DNA of 64,000 nt from a virus, in the IMG/VR virus record IMGVR_UViG_3300029267_002434. One strand, written 5' to 3'. Each line of letters starts with the position of its first letter. Position 1 is the stretch's first letter. This document shows, piece by piece, positions 7,464 through 15,608 of this stretch. The notes under the pieces are model-generated. The model was not told the origin of the DNA. It worked only from the letters and a program-made list of their open reading frames with translations, and made no database searches. A program made the position numbers and the translations under genes.

Positions 7464-9059
7464 TTGAAGATAGAGAGAACCAAACCGCAGGACGCCCAAT
7501 CTGAACGCTATATTGTGACTGCGATGATTATGTCCGGGCGGTGTTGCAAAGCATTCAAAGATATGGACTGCAAAGAGTATCTCCAAACTAGCTTTGCAAA
7601 AACTATAGCCGATTGGTGCTTACAGTATTACGACAGATACGAGACGGCACCGGCGTACCAAATAAAAGCTATCTTTGAAGAGGAATCGGATTTCCTTGAA
7701 CAAGACATAGCGGATATGACGGAGAAGTTTTTGGAAAGCTTGAGTGAGGAATTTGAAAGGACGGAGCATTTCAATTCCCAGTACTGGATTGACTATGGCG
7801 AGAAGTATTTCAAAGCCCGTAGTTACAAGAAGCTTGCCAAGGAGATAGCCAGAGCTGCAGATCAAAACGATGTGAAGAGAGCCGATGAGCTATACTCTGA
7901 TTTTAACCGCGTTGAAGTTGCGCAATTAGATGGGGTAAATGTTTTCGATCAAAAGGAAATTACAGAACTTCAAATCAGAAGTGAGGAATCTGATACGCGA
8001 AAGTTATTCAAGATGCCAGGGGCGTTGGGCGAAATGATAGGATGGGTTGAAAGAGAAACATTCTTTGCGTTCCTCGCCAGGGAGAAAGCAGGTAAATCTT
8101 ATGTACTGGAAGAGTTCGGATTCAGGGCTTATCGGGAGGGGTGTAAGGTTGCTTACTTCGACATGGGAGATATGTCCAAGGACCAAAGTGATTACCGATA
8201 TTTATCTTACGTCACAGGAAAGCCGTACAACGACCGATATGCTGGCCCTACCTGGATCCCCATTTTGGATTGCTTGTGGAATCAAGACGGTCGTTGCACC
8301 GATGGTTGCTCGGCTGATATTGTAAAACAAGATGACAAAGGCAAAAGGTATTTTGCTTGCGGACCTTGGGATGAGGAAGGAGAAGATCATGAAACATGTA
8401 TTGAATGCAAAAAAGAAAAACCGAGGAAGTTCAGGGGATCGGTATGGTGGAAGAAGGTAAATTTATCAGTTTGGGCCTGGACAGAGGCTCGAAGGAGAGC
8501 AAAGTGGTTTGAAACAAAGTTCCGCCGGGGAGTTTTTGAACGATGCAATTGGCCAATGGGAACTCGTAGAATCAGCGACGTGGAGTCCTGGATTGTGCAA
8601 AACCGAGAACGTAACGGATGGGTTCCTGACGTTGTTATCGTAGACTACCCTGATATTGCGCTGCCTGAGGATGCAAGAATGGAGTTCCGGCACAGGGAGA
8701 ACGAGAAGTGGATGAGGCTCAGAAGTATTTCTCAAAAGTTCCACTGCTCGGTCATCACTGTTACTCAGAGTGACGCAGCCGGATACAAAAAGAAAAACCT
8801 CGACCTGTCCAATTTCAATGAGGATAAACGAAAATATGGACATGTTACTCACTTCTATGCAATCAATAAAACGCTGGAGGAGCAAGAGCTAGGGCTTATG
8901 AGGATAGCGGCTTTGATACTGCGCGAGGACGAAATGAGCACTGTGAATAATGTAACAGTCCTACAAGCTTTGCGCAAAGGCAGACCTTACACAGCAAGTT
9001 TTTTTGGAAGTACGCCGAAATTACCCGTAGTTCAAGACAAGGTCCAAGTATATATATAG
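7464..9059 (+). CDS. DnaB-like replicative helicase (RecA-fold ATPase) with a Cys-rich insertion
   Basis: Walker A is LAREKAGKSY and Walker B-like is PDVVIVDYPDI, followed by VITVTQSD. The N-terminal part is DnaB-N-like (SERYIVTAMIMSGRC). A Cys cluster CLWNQDGRCTDGC...CGPW...CIEC lies between the Walker motifs. TTG start after GGAGGTGAGAA. Confidence 0.7.
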   Translation: MKIERTKPQDAQSERYIVTAMIMSGRCCKAFKDMDCKEYLQTSFAKTIADWCLQYYDRYETAPAYQIKAIFEEESDFLEQDIADMTEKFLESLSEEFERTEHFNSQYWIDYGEKYFKARSYKKLAKEIARAADQNDVKRADELYSDFNRVEVAQLDGVNVFDQKEITELQIRSEESDTRKLFKMPGALGEMIGWVERETFFAFLAREKAGKSYVLEEFGFRAYREGCKVAYFDMGDMSKDQSDYRYLSYVTGKPYNDRYAGPTWIPILDCLWNQDGRCTDGCSADIVKQDDKGKRYFACGPWDEEGEDHETCIECKKEKPRKFRGSVWWKKVNLSVWAWTEARRRAKWFETKFRRGVFERCNWPMGTRRISDVESWIVQNRERNGWVPDVVIVDYPDIALPEDARMEFRHRENEKWMRLRSISQKFHCSVITVTQSDAAGYKKKNLDLSNFNEDKRKYGHVTHFYAINKTLEEQELGLMRIAALILREDEMSTVNNVTVLQALRKGRPYTASFFGSTPKLPVVQDKVQVYI

Positions 9060-9065
9060 GCAAAG

Positions 9066-9082
9066 GGCGGAGATGTTCCGCC
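9066..9082 (+). terminator. short hairpin after the helicase gene (weak terminator candidate)
   Basis: GGCGGA GATGT TCCGCC forms a 6-bp stem. The downstream GATTATTA is only weakly U-rich. Confidence 0.3.
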
Positions 9083-9116
9083 GATTATTAACAACTTCCA
9101 ACAAGAGGAGGACATT

Positions 9117-9770
9117 ATGGAAAAGAAAGATCTCAAGAAACTGGCTAAGGAAATGAACAAGGTTATGGGACTGGACCCGGCGATCGATCTCAAATTGGAC
9201 GCCGAAAAACTCGAGGACTATATCAAGAAAAGCCTAGATGAGGTGTATGATACTGATATCGAACCGGAGAACGAAGGGGATGATTGTTTTTCCGACGCAG
9301 CGGTGAAGACGCTGGCTGAATTGGGGCACGAATACGCTCAGAAGTACCTCGAAAAGCAAGATGAAGGCGAAGAGGAGCCTGAGCCTGAGCCTGAAGAGAA
9401 GAAACCCTCCAGGCGCTCGAGCAGCAAGGGCAAGAAGAAGGAAGAGCCCAAGAAGGAAGAGAAACCTTCACGTAGCAAGGGCAGCAAGAAAGAGGAGCCG
9501 AAACAGTCCAAGAAATCTGACAAAGAGCCTACGACACGAAAGATGACGCGGCTCGATTCTATTGTTCAGGGCATCGCCAACGCTCACAAACAAAAGAAGA
9601 ATTGGGAGTTGGATGAAATCACCAAAATTACCAATGAACTCTACTCCTCCAACGGCGGCAAAGAAAACCACCGTGAGGCGAAGTTCTTTGTGAATATCGC
9701 TATCCAATGTATGGCAGGCATTGGAGTAGTAGAATTCAACAAAGAAAAAGAACATGTGAAGTTCGCCTAA
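9117..9770 (+). CDS. hypothetical protein with central Lys/Glu/Ser low-complexity tract
   Basis: SD AGAGGAGGA. The central tract is EEPEPEPEEKKPSRRSSSKGKKKEEPKKEEKPSRSKGSKKEEPKQSKK. No family recognised. Confidence 0.6.
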   Translation: MEKKDLKKLAKEMNKVMGLDPAIDLKLDAEKLEDYIKKSLDEVYDTDIEPENEGDDCFSDAAVKTLAELGHEYAQKYLEKQDEGEEEPEPEPEEKKPSRRSSSKGKKKEEPKKEEKPSRSKGSKKEEPKQSKKSDKEPTTRKMTRLDSIVQGIANAHKQKKNWELDEITKITNELYSSNGGKENHREAKFFVNIAIQCMAGIGVVEFNKEKEHVKFA

Positions 9771-10216
9771 TGGGACGTTGGAAAAGTATACCTGGATACC
9801 CTGGCTATTGGGCTTCGGCCCAAGGTCAGGTTCTAGGTAAAAAGGGCGGAGTTCTCAAGCCGAAGCTTAAGAAATATGCATATGTTGATTTGTATAGGAA
9901 CAACAAGAGGGCGCGTAGGCCCATCCACCAATTGGTACTGGAGGTTTTCGGACCTCCTAGGCCTTCTCCTAACCACTTCCCGAATCACAAAGATGGTAAC
10001 AAATTGAATAATAGTATTTCTAATCTTGAATGGCTCACTCCTAAAGAGAATATGAGACACGCTGTGAAAACTGGTCTGTTCGTTATCCCATCCGGTCCCA
10101 AGAATCATTGGCATGGAAAGGCTCAGTCCGCTTCTCATATTCTAAAAAGATCAGAAGCCATGAGAGGTAAGAAAAACCATCAGTATAAACATGGGAGGTA
10201 TTCTGCTTATGAGTAA
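9770..10216 (+). CDS. free-standing HNH homing endonuclease (NUMOD4-like N-terminus + HNH_3-like core)
   Basis: The N-terminus WKSIPGYPGYWASAQGQV is the typical W-x-I-x-G-Y-x-Y-x-V/A-S-x-x-G start. The core is HKDGNKLNNSISNLEWLTPKENMRHA. ATG at 9770 overlaps the upstream TAA. Confidence 0.8.
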   Translation: MGRWKSIPGYPGYWASAQGQVLGKKGGVLKPKLKKYAYVDLYRNNKRARRPIHQLVLEVFGPPRPSPNHFPNHKDGNKLNNSISNLEWLTPKENMRHAVKTGLFVIPSGPKNHWHGKAQSASHILKRSEAMRGKKNHQYKHGRYSAYE

Positions 10217-11288
10217 GCATGGTTTATCAGTGCGTGGTGATTGTTTATACTGCCCGCTTCCCCTCTCCATAGACCCATACAACAACTGCCTCGTAGACTG
10301 CCACCATTGTTATATGAGGCGGTTGAATCATGTATGGGGCAAAGAACTCAAGCCGTTGGATCCAGAAGCTTTGAGAAAGAAGCTCACCAACGGCTTGAAA
10401 AACAAGAATCCCAAATCCTCGATGGCCAACTGTCTCGCCAGAAAGAAAACTATACGGATTGGCAACAAGGCTGATGGCTTCCAACCGATCGAGGACGATC
10501 TGCATATCACGGCCCAAGTGATACAGATCTTGGAAGAACTGGAGTGGAGTTATGTTATCCAAACAAGATTCCTATCAAGAGTCTGGGAATTTGGCTCCGA
10601 CTATCGAGACGCCCTCTCTCCAAGAAACGCCGTTATTCTTCCGATTATTAGTCCTGGCCTTGAGATGGACTGGGAGATCCTCGAGAGAAGAAGAACGGAT
10701 CCGCCAAGGGTTAGACTGCGGATCCTCAAAGAGTTTCGAGAGCGCGGATTCCACGGCGGCGTCAATGGAGAGCCTTTCATTCCTGGGTATCATACGGTGC
10801 AGGATTTCGAGGACACGCTCAAAACGCTCAGGGACTATGGGATCGACCGGTACAACACATACAACTTACACTTGAATGATTACGTTCTGAAACGACTAAA
10901 CGATATCAATTTGGATATCGAGAAGATTTGGACCATGAATCAGGACAAGAATTGGAAGCCGATCCAACAGCAGCTTTGCGATCTTGCGAAAAAACATAAT
11001 ATCATACTGGGCTGTCCCGACTTTGTAAACACCGGACCTGACTGGAAGGAGGAGGCTAATACTTGTTGCGGCATAGACGTTCCGAATCCAAGCCGATTTA
11101 ATACCCATTACTTCAAGAAGACTATGCAGGCCGGAGTCAAGGCCCCTAACGCTGTACTAACGCAGCATTGGGAGGGTATCGGGGAGTTTGAGGAGGCCTT
11201 GAAGATAGTCCAAGGGAAACGATCCGATATGTATACAATGGCTGATGCTGGATTGGTTAAGAAGCCCAAGAAAGGATTGATAGTATAA
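10209..11288 (+). CDS. radical SAM enzyme, SPL/SplB-like (COG1533-type), paralogue 1
   Basis: CxxxCxxC cluster NCLVDCHHCY, preceded by CLYCPLPLSIDPY. Same layout as the 15609 gene. Confidence 0.65.
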   Translation: MSKHGLSVRGDCLYCPLPLSIDPYNNCLVDCHHCYMRRLNHVWGKELKPLDPEALRKKLTNGLKNKNPKSSMANCLARKKTIRIGNKADGFQPIEDDLHITAQVIQILEELEWSYVIQTRFLSRVWEFGSDYRDALSPRNAVILPIISPGLEMDWEILERRRTDPPRVRLRILKEFRERGFHGGVNGEPFIPGYHTVQDFEDTLKTLRDYGIDRYNTYNLHLNDYVLKRLNDINLDIEKIWTMNQDKNWKPIQQQLCDLAKKHNIILGCPDFVNTGPDWKEEANTCCGIDVPNPSRFNTHYFKKTMQAGVKAPNAVLTQHWEGIGEFEEALKIVQGKRSDMYTMADAGLVKKPKKGLIV

Positions 11289-11458
11289 TGGAAACGTATT
11301 GGGAACAAGTACAGCAGTTGCATGATCAATTAACCCACGTTGCTATTTCTTGCTTAGGCAAGGATCCCTTCGATCGGGACAAAGCCAAGTTTACTATAGC
11401 GGTCCTCGATGGACCAATGGAAGGAGAAATTGTCACTGTTGAAATGAGGATAGTATGA
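11288..11458 (+). CDS. small hypothetical ORF (56 aa), not in the ORF track
   Basis: Hand-translated: METYWEQVQQLHDQLTHVAISCLGKDPFDRDKAKFTIAVLDGPMEGEIVTVEMRIV. The ATG overlaps the upstream TAA and its TGA overlaps the next ATG (11455), exactly filling the gap. Confidence 0.45.
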   Translation: METYWEQVQQLHDQLTHVAISCLGKDPFDRDKAKFTIAVLDGPMEGEIVTVEMRIV

Positions 11459-12162
11459 AAACAAATACGATATTAGCTGGAGACGCTCAGATGATGAGCG
11501 AGGATTACATACCTGACGGTTCGATTGACTTTGTTTTGACGTCTCCTCCGTATGATGGTGCGAACACTCCGAAGGGCGCTGCTCCGAACTTATACCAGTA
11601 CGGCTTTGAGTTGAGTCGGGTGTTGAAAGATGGGGGTGTTTGCGTCTTGGTCATACAGGACATAGTCCACAACGGCATCAAGCGCGGCCACTCCATTCGA
11701 ATCCCGTCCTATTGGATAGATCACACCAAGCTAAATCTTTGGGACGATTATATCTATTGGCGCGGAGGGCAGGAGGGGTATTGGTGGAAGAATCGGATCC
11801 GCAAAGACCACGACTATATGTGGATCTTCGTCAACAATGCGAACAAACCTAAAACCTTCAACAAGATCCGCTACTCCAATCAGGGCTCTATCTTTGATTA
11901 CCGAACCGAGAAGCGGAAGACCAATTTGAGGCGTCACAAAAAAGAGAAAGGCAAGCTATACCCGGTTGCGTTTCCTTTCCAGTTGGCTGAGGATATGATC
12001 CGGATCTTCACCAAAAAGGATGACTTGGTACTAGATCCTTTTTGCGGGTACGGAACGACTCTCGCCGCAGCGAAGGTTTTGAATAGACGGTACTTGGGAA
12101 TAGAACTGTTGGAGCACGTAGCATCGATCGCTACCAAGCACCTGGAGGCTGGATTACTATGA
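11455..12162 (+). CDS. DNA methyltransferase, beta-class N4-cytosine/N6-adenine type (SPPY catalytic motif)
   Basis: Motif IV VLTSPPYDG lies N-terminal. The SAM-binding motif I LDPFCGYGTTLAAAKVLNRRYLGIEL lies C-terminal. Confidence 0.85.
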   Translation: MKTNTILAGDAQMMSEDYIPDGSIDFVLTSPPYDGANTPKGAAPNLYQYGFELSRVLKDGGVCVLVIQDIVHNGIKRGHSIRIPSYWIDHTKLNLWDDYIYWRGGQEGYWWKNRIRKDHDYMWIFVNNANKPKTFNKIRYSNQGSIFDYRTEKRKTNLRRHKKEKGKLYPVAFPFQLAEDMIRIFTKKDDLVLDPFCGYGTTLAAAKVLNRRYLGIELLEHVASIATKHLEAGLL

Positions 12163-12980
12163 GTTTAGGACTGAGAAAAACTCCTCGGCTCTTGGACCAA
12201 TGGAAATCCCTCGCCAATATAATAAACAATCCTGTTGAGTATTGGGATTTCCCTACCACAATGCTCGCCTTTGCTAAATCTTTGAAGAACTCTCAGCTTT
12301 TGCTTATGGAAGGCGGCGTTGTGTTCAGGATAAGGGGAAAGCAAGCGACATTGATCAATTGGTTCGGGGAAGAGGAGGATATGCGAGCAGCGGTATTTGC
12401 TCTTCAATCTCAAGATATCAAAGTGAAAAGCCTTAATTGGGAGAAGACTATGTTCTTCCCGGACAAGGGAGCGAAGGTCAAAGAATTCATTGTCTATGGC
12501 TTATATGACTTTGATCTTTCTACACAATGCCACTCGAGCAAGACCCGTGAAACTTTGAGGAGGAAGCACCGCCAGGGCAAGAAACGGTACACCGTAGGAC
12601 ATAAGCTGCCAGCTAGAGAGAAGATGGATGAACTATTTGCTAAATGGGCTGAGGAAGCCAGCAAGCGTCATTTTATGGTTGTTAAAGGACATTACCAAGC
12701 CTATATCGATCTACTTTACAAAGGCTTTGCTAGCTGTATTTGCTTTTGGGAAGGCGAGGAACTGATAGGCATATGCGGTTACGAGGTTTTCGGCAGCTGT
12801 GCGCAAATAACTTTGATGAAGAATCGAAAGGCGCACAGTTGTTTCCCAGTTTACTTTTGGGTTGCGTCTGTAGAGACTATATCCCGGCACTATAACAAAG
12901 TATTTTGCGGATCAACCGCCGAGGGGCTCAAGCAACAGTTAGGTTTCCTGCCTTATGATACCTATAAGTTGAAGCTTTAG
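12159..12980 (+). CDS. hypothetical; FemAB/DUF2156-like (GNAT-fold acyl/aminoacyl-transferase-like), paralogue of 18464..19270
   Basis: The C-terminal GSTAEGLKQQLGFLPYDTYKL resembles the G-x-GL-x-x-FK-x-x-x-x-P ending of FemAB/lysyl-PG-synthase-C-type proteins. It shares this and its overall length with the 18464 ORF. The family call is tentative. Confidence 0.35.
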   Translation: MSLGLRKTPRLLDQWKSLANIINNPVEYWDFPTTMLAFAKSLKNSQLLLMEGGVVFRIRGKQATLINWFGEEEDMRAAVFALQSQDIKVKSLNWEKTMFFPDKGAKVKEFIVYGLYDFDLSTQCHSSKTRETLRRKHRQGKKRYTVGHKLPAREKMDELFAKWAEEASKRHFMVVKGHYQAYIDLLYKGFASCICFWEGEELIGICGYEVFGSCAQITLMKNRKAHSCFPVYFWVASVETISRHYNKVFCGSTAEGLKQQLGFLPYDTYKLKL

Positions 12981-12982
12981 TA

Positions 12983-13069
12983 TTTTTATCCTTAAAAATA
13001 AATATTTCCTTTATTAAAAACCATTTTATAGCCCTAGTTCAAGTCGGATTAGGGCTATATTTATGGGCG
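12983..13069 (+). repeat. 87-nt intergenic element, copy A (AT-rich box + 9-bp hairpin); putative terminator/promoter cassette
   Basis: Matches 26917-27003 at 82 of 87 positions by hand alignment. The hairpin is ATAGCCCTA (13028-13036) / TAGGGCTAT (13050-13058). It sits between a stop (12980) and an SD+ATG (13084). Confidence 0.75.
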
Positions 13070-13083
13070 GAAGGAGGGCCGGG

Positions 13084-13926
13084 ATGACGATTCGATTGAT
13101 ACCAAATACTCCAGTGGAGGAGTATACCGTTAAAGGGCAAACGGTTTTAGTCAAAAGGGAAGATCGCGCTACACCTTATCCCGGTCCTCCATTTTCTAAA
13201 GTACGGGGGTTGGTGCCCTACCTATGGGATTTAAAAGAGTTGGGATTCACAACCATAGGCTACGTGGAAACCTCTGTCTCTATGGCCGGATGGGGAGTCG
13301 CGTGGGCGTGCTATCACCTCGGCCTCGAGTGCATTTTATGGGACCCTCAATACGAGAAGACGCCACCGCTGCTTCGCTACCATCGGAAACAATGGAAGAA
13401 GTTCAACCCTAAGATTCTACCGATTAAGGCAGGGATGGCAGCGGTAAACTATAATATAGCAGCTAAAGAGGTTCGCAAGACACCGGATTGTTTCTTGCTT
13501 CCGCTCGGATTGCCTCTCCCTTATACCGTAATGGAAACTGCTAAGATCGCCCGGGAGACGTGGAATAGCAATGTATTTCGTACCGTAGTAACATCGGTCG
13601 GTAGTGGTACAATATGTGCGGGACTCTTGAAAGGACTCCCTGGAGATGTTAAGATATTCGGAGTAATGACCAGAACCGGTTCATCAAAACACAAAGCAAA
13701 AACGATCCATAAAAAAGCACACATCCCTATCGGCGGTTTTTTAGGGAACAAAAACCTGAGTGTAGTAGATCCGGGATGGAGATATGCTGACCGAAGCTCT
13801 TGGCCGTGTCCTTTCCCATGCCACCCTTGGTATGATCGGAAGGCGTGGCAATGGTTAGACCAATGGATGGGGATGCAGCAAATGGATGGGCCAGTAATGT
13901 TTTGGAATATCGGGAGGGTGCGATGA
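13084..13926 (+). CDS. PLP-dependent enzyme, fold type II (ACC deaminase / D-cysteine desulfhydrase-like)
   Basis: VLVKREDRATPYPGPPFSKVRGL matches the KR(E/D)D...GNKxRKL lysine region. The Gly loop is TSVGSGTICAGLL. ATG 13084 follows GGAAGGAGG. The 13063 ATG in the ORF track lies inside the repeated non-coding element. Confidence 0.6.
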   Translation: MTIRLIPNTPVEEYTVKGQTVLVKREDRATPYPGPPFSKVRGLVPYLWDLKELGFTTIGYVETSVSMAGWGVAWACYHLGLECILWDPQYEKTPPLLRYHRKQWKKFNPKILPIKAGMAAVNYNIAAKEVRKTPDCFLLPLGLPLPYTVMETAKIARETWNSNVFRTVVTSVGSGTICAGLLKGLPGDVKIFGVMTRTGSSKHKAKTIHKKAHIPIGGFLGNKNLSVVDPGWRYADRSSWPCPFPCHPWYDRKAWQWLDQWMGMQQMDGPVMFWNIGRVR

Positions 13927-14141
13927 ACCGCATAAGTACAGACAACTACCCGTTACTGAAAGCGTTCGCTGATGCGTTGAAGCTGACTATTTTAGAAGAG
14001 ATCGACGTTGAAGGGAAGTGCAAGATATTGCAAGGCGAGTGCAAGTGCCCAAAGTGCCAAATCGCAAATATGCCTACAGAAGATTTGATCAACGATTCGG
14101 TGGACCGGTACGGGAAATCTTTCAATTGGAGGAAATTGTAA
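13923..14141 (+). CDS. hypothetical small protein (72 aa) with CxC/CxxC cluster
   Basis: ATGA overlap with the upstream stop. Contains CKILQGECKCPKCQ. TAATG overlap with the next gene. Confidence 0.5.
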   Translation: MNRISTDNYPLLKAFADALKLTILEEIDVEGKCKILQGECKCPKCQIANMPTEDLINDSVDRYGKSFNWRKL

Positions 14142-14623
14142 TGCACGTAATTGAGACTGAGCGTAGGCCACGATGGAACGACCATTGGATGAAGGTCGCG
14201 CGGGTAATCTCCGAGCGATCCACCTGCTTGCGGCGTCAGATCGGAGCGGTACTGGTACGGGATAAGAGAATCATTGCCTCAGGGTACAATGGAGTCCCGA
14301 CCAAGATCGATCACTGTTTAGATCTCGGTTGCCGAAAAGACGCGGCTGGTGCGGAAAGTGGTAAGGGACTCGAGGTCTGTCCAGGATTGCACGCAGAACA
14401 AAATTGTTTGATTCAATGCGCGAGATATGGTATAGTAGCGGAAGGCGCTACGTTGTATTGTACTCTATCTCCTTGTATCCTTTGTGCTAAGGAGGTTATC
14501 AACGCTGGCATCCACATGGTGGTCTATGACGCCGCAGATAAATATCCCGATAAGCTCGGGCTGGAGATGCTAAGTCAATCCGAAGTCGCTTTGATGGCGT
14601 GGGAGTGCGACAATGCGCAATAA
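14141..14623 (+). CDS. deoxycytidylate (dCMP) deaminase
   Basis: Zinc motifs CPGLHAEQNC and SPCILCAKEVINAGI. The N-terminal WNDHWMKVARVISERSTCLRRQIGAVLV is typical of dCMP deaminase/ComEB. Confidence 0.9.
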   Translation: MHVIETERRPRWNDHWMKVARVISERSTCLRRQIGAVLVRDKRIIASGYNGVPTKIDHCLDLGCRKDAAGAESGKGLEVCPGLHAEQNCLIQCARYGIVAEGATLYCTLSPCILCAKEVINAGIHMVVYDAADKYPDKLGLEMLSQSEVALMAWECDNAQ

Positions 14624-15077
14624 AGAAGTTATTACAGAGGCCAGGAAGCGCGGCTTTGTCACAGGGTCTAAAGTGTTCGGAGGCTACGACCGGGAGCTGT
14701 CTGATATAGACATAATGGTTCCTTACGACTTCCACTATAAGTTCGACGACATGCTCCGGATATGCGAAGGGGCGCGCTATTTGCCCCATAGCTATAGGGA
14801 TGCAACTACCACCAGTATTTATATCCCACTCAACAATAAAGACTACAATATCATAATCGCTATGGACGCGGCGACGTTCAGAATTTGGCGTGAGGCAACA
14901 AAGATTCTTATTGCTGCGGTGAACGCCAGCGATAGTTTAAAGGAGGTGGTGTATTTCGATAAGCAAACAAGAGTAGATATGTTCAAGACTTTCCGATGGA
15001 CGCTCGGGGATCTAAGCTTGCGGCTGAAAGCGCCTGAGCCGGTAGATCAACCATCGGAAGACGACATTCCATTTTAG
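14613..15077 (+). CDS. Pol-beta-superfamily nucleotidyltransferase-domain protein
   Basis: The minimal NTase signature G-S ... D-x-D is present: VTGSKVFGGYDRELSDIDIMV. Confidence 0.5.
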   Translation: MRNKEVITEARKRGFVTGSKVFGGYDRELSDIDIMVPYDFHYKFDDMLRICEGARYLPHSYRDATTTSIYIPLNNKDYNIIIAMDAATFRIWREATKILIAAVNASDSLKEVVYFDKQTRVDMFKTFRWTLGDLSLRLKAPEPVDQPSEDDIPF

Positions 15078-15088
15078 AGGAGGAGCGT

Positions 15089-15607
15089 ATGAATATTAAA
15101 GGCTCAGTACGAGGCGAAAAACTGTTCGAGTTTTTTGAGGGACTTAGAAGTGATGGAAAAGTATTGGGACCAGCGGTTTGGGAATGGTGGCATTTAAAAG
15201 TCAGCAAGCCCTATGATAAAGGAACCGTTCTGTCTTATATAGATGAATTGGGAACCGGCGTTCCTGTCCTGGGCGGAGTTAGTAATGCCGAATTCAACAC
15301 CAAGCTCTGTAAGATACTAAAACCGGGAAGCAACATTCAAGCCCTTTATGAGTATAAGAATCGTCTACTAACCAAGGGGTTTGGCATTGCTCAAGAACAA
15401 GGAATCAAAAACTTCCGGGAGGAAGAAACTAGAAACCACCTAACTGCTATGAGCAACCATTACGATGGTATCGAGGAGATATGGGGACGCGATGCGAGAA
15501 TCTATCGGGATAGTAAAGATGGACTATTCAAGGCCGATATCAAAATGGATCGTGCAGGGGGCTGGGAGAAAACAATGACCTTTGTTCAGAAGAATTGGGG
15601 CAGGTAA
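15089..15607 (+). CDS. hypothetical protein (172 aa)
   Basis: SD GAGGAGGAG. No family recognised and no P-loop. Confidence 0.55.
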   Translation: MNIKGSVRGEKLFEFFEGLRSDGKVLGPAVWEWWHLKVSKPYDKGTVLSYIDELGTGVPVLGGVSNAEFNTKLCKILKPGSNIQALYEYKNRLLTKGFGIAQEQGIKNFREEETRNHLTAMSNHYDGIEEIWGRDARIYRDSKDGLFKADIKMDRAGGWEKTMTFVQKNWGR

Positions 15608-15608
15608 T

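Noticed and set aside
13063-13083. ATG at 13063 as the start of the PLP enzyme gene (ORF-track start)
   Set aside because: This ATG lies inside the conserved 87-nt non-coding element. In the second copy the equivalent ATG (26997) terminates after 6 codons. The SD-preceded ATG at 13084 is the more plausible start.
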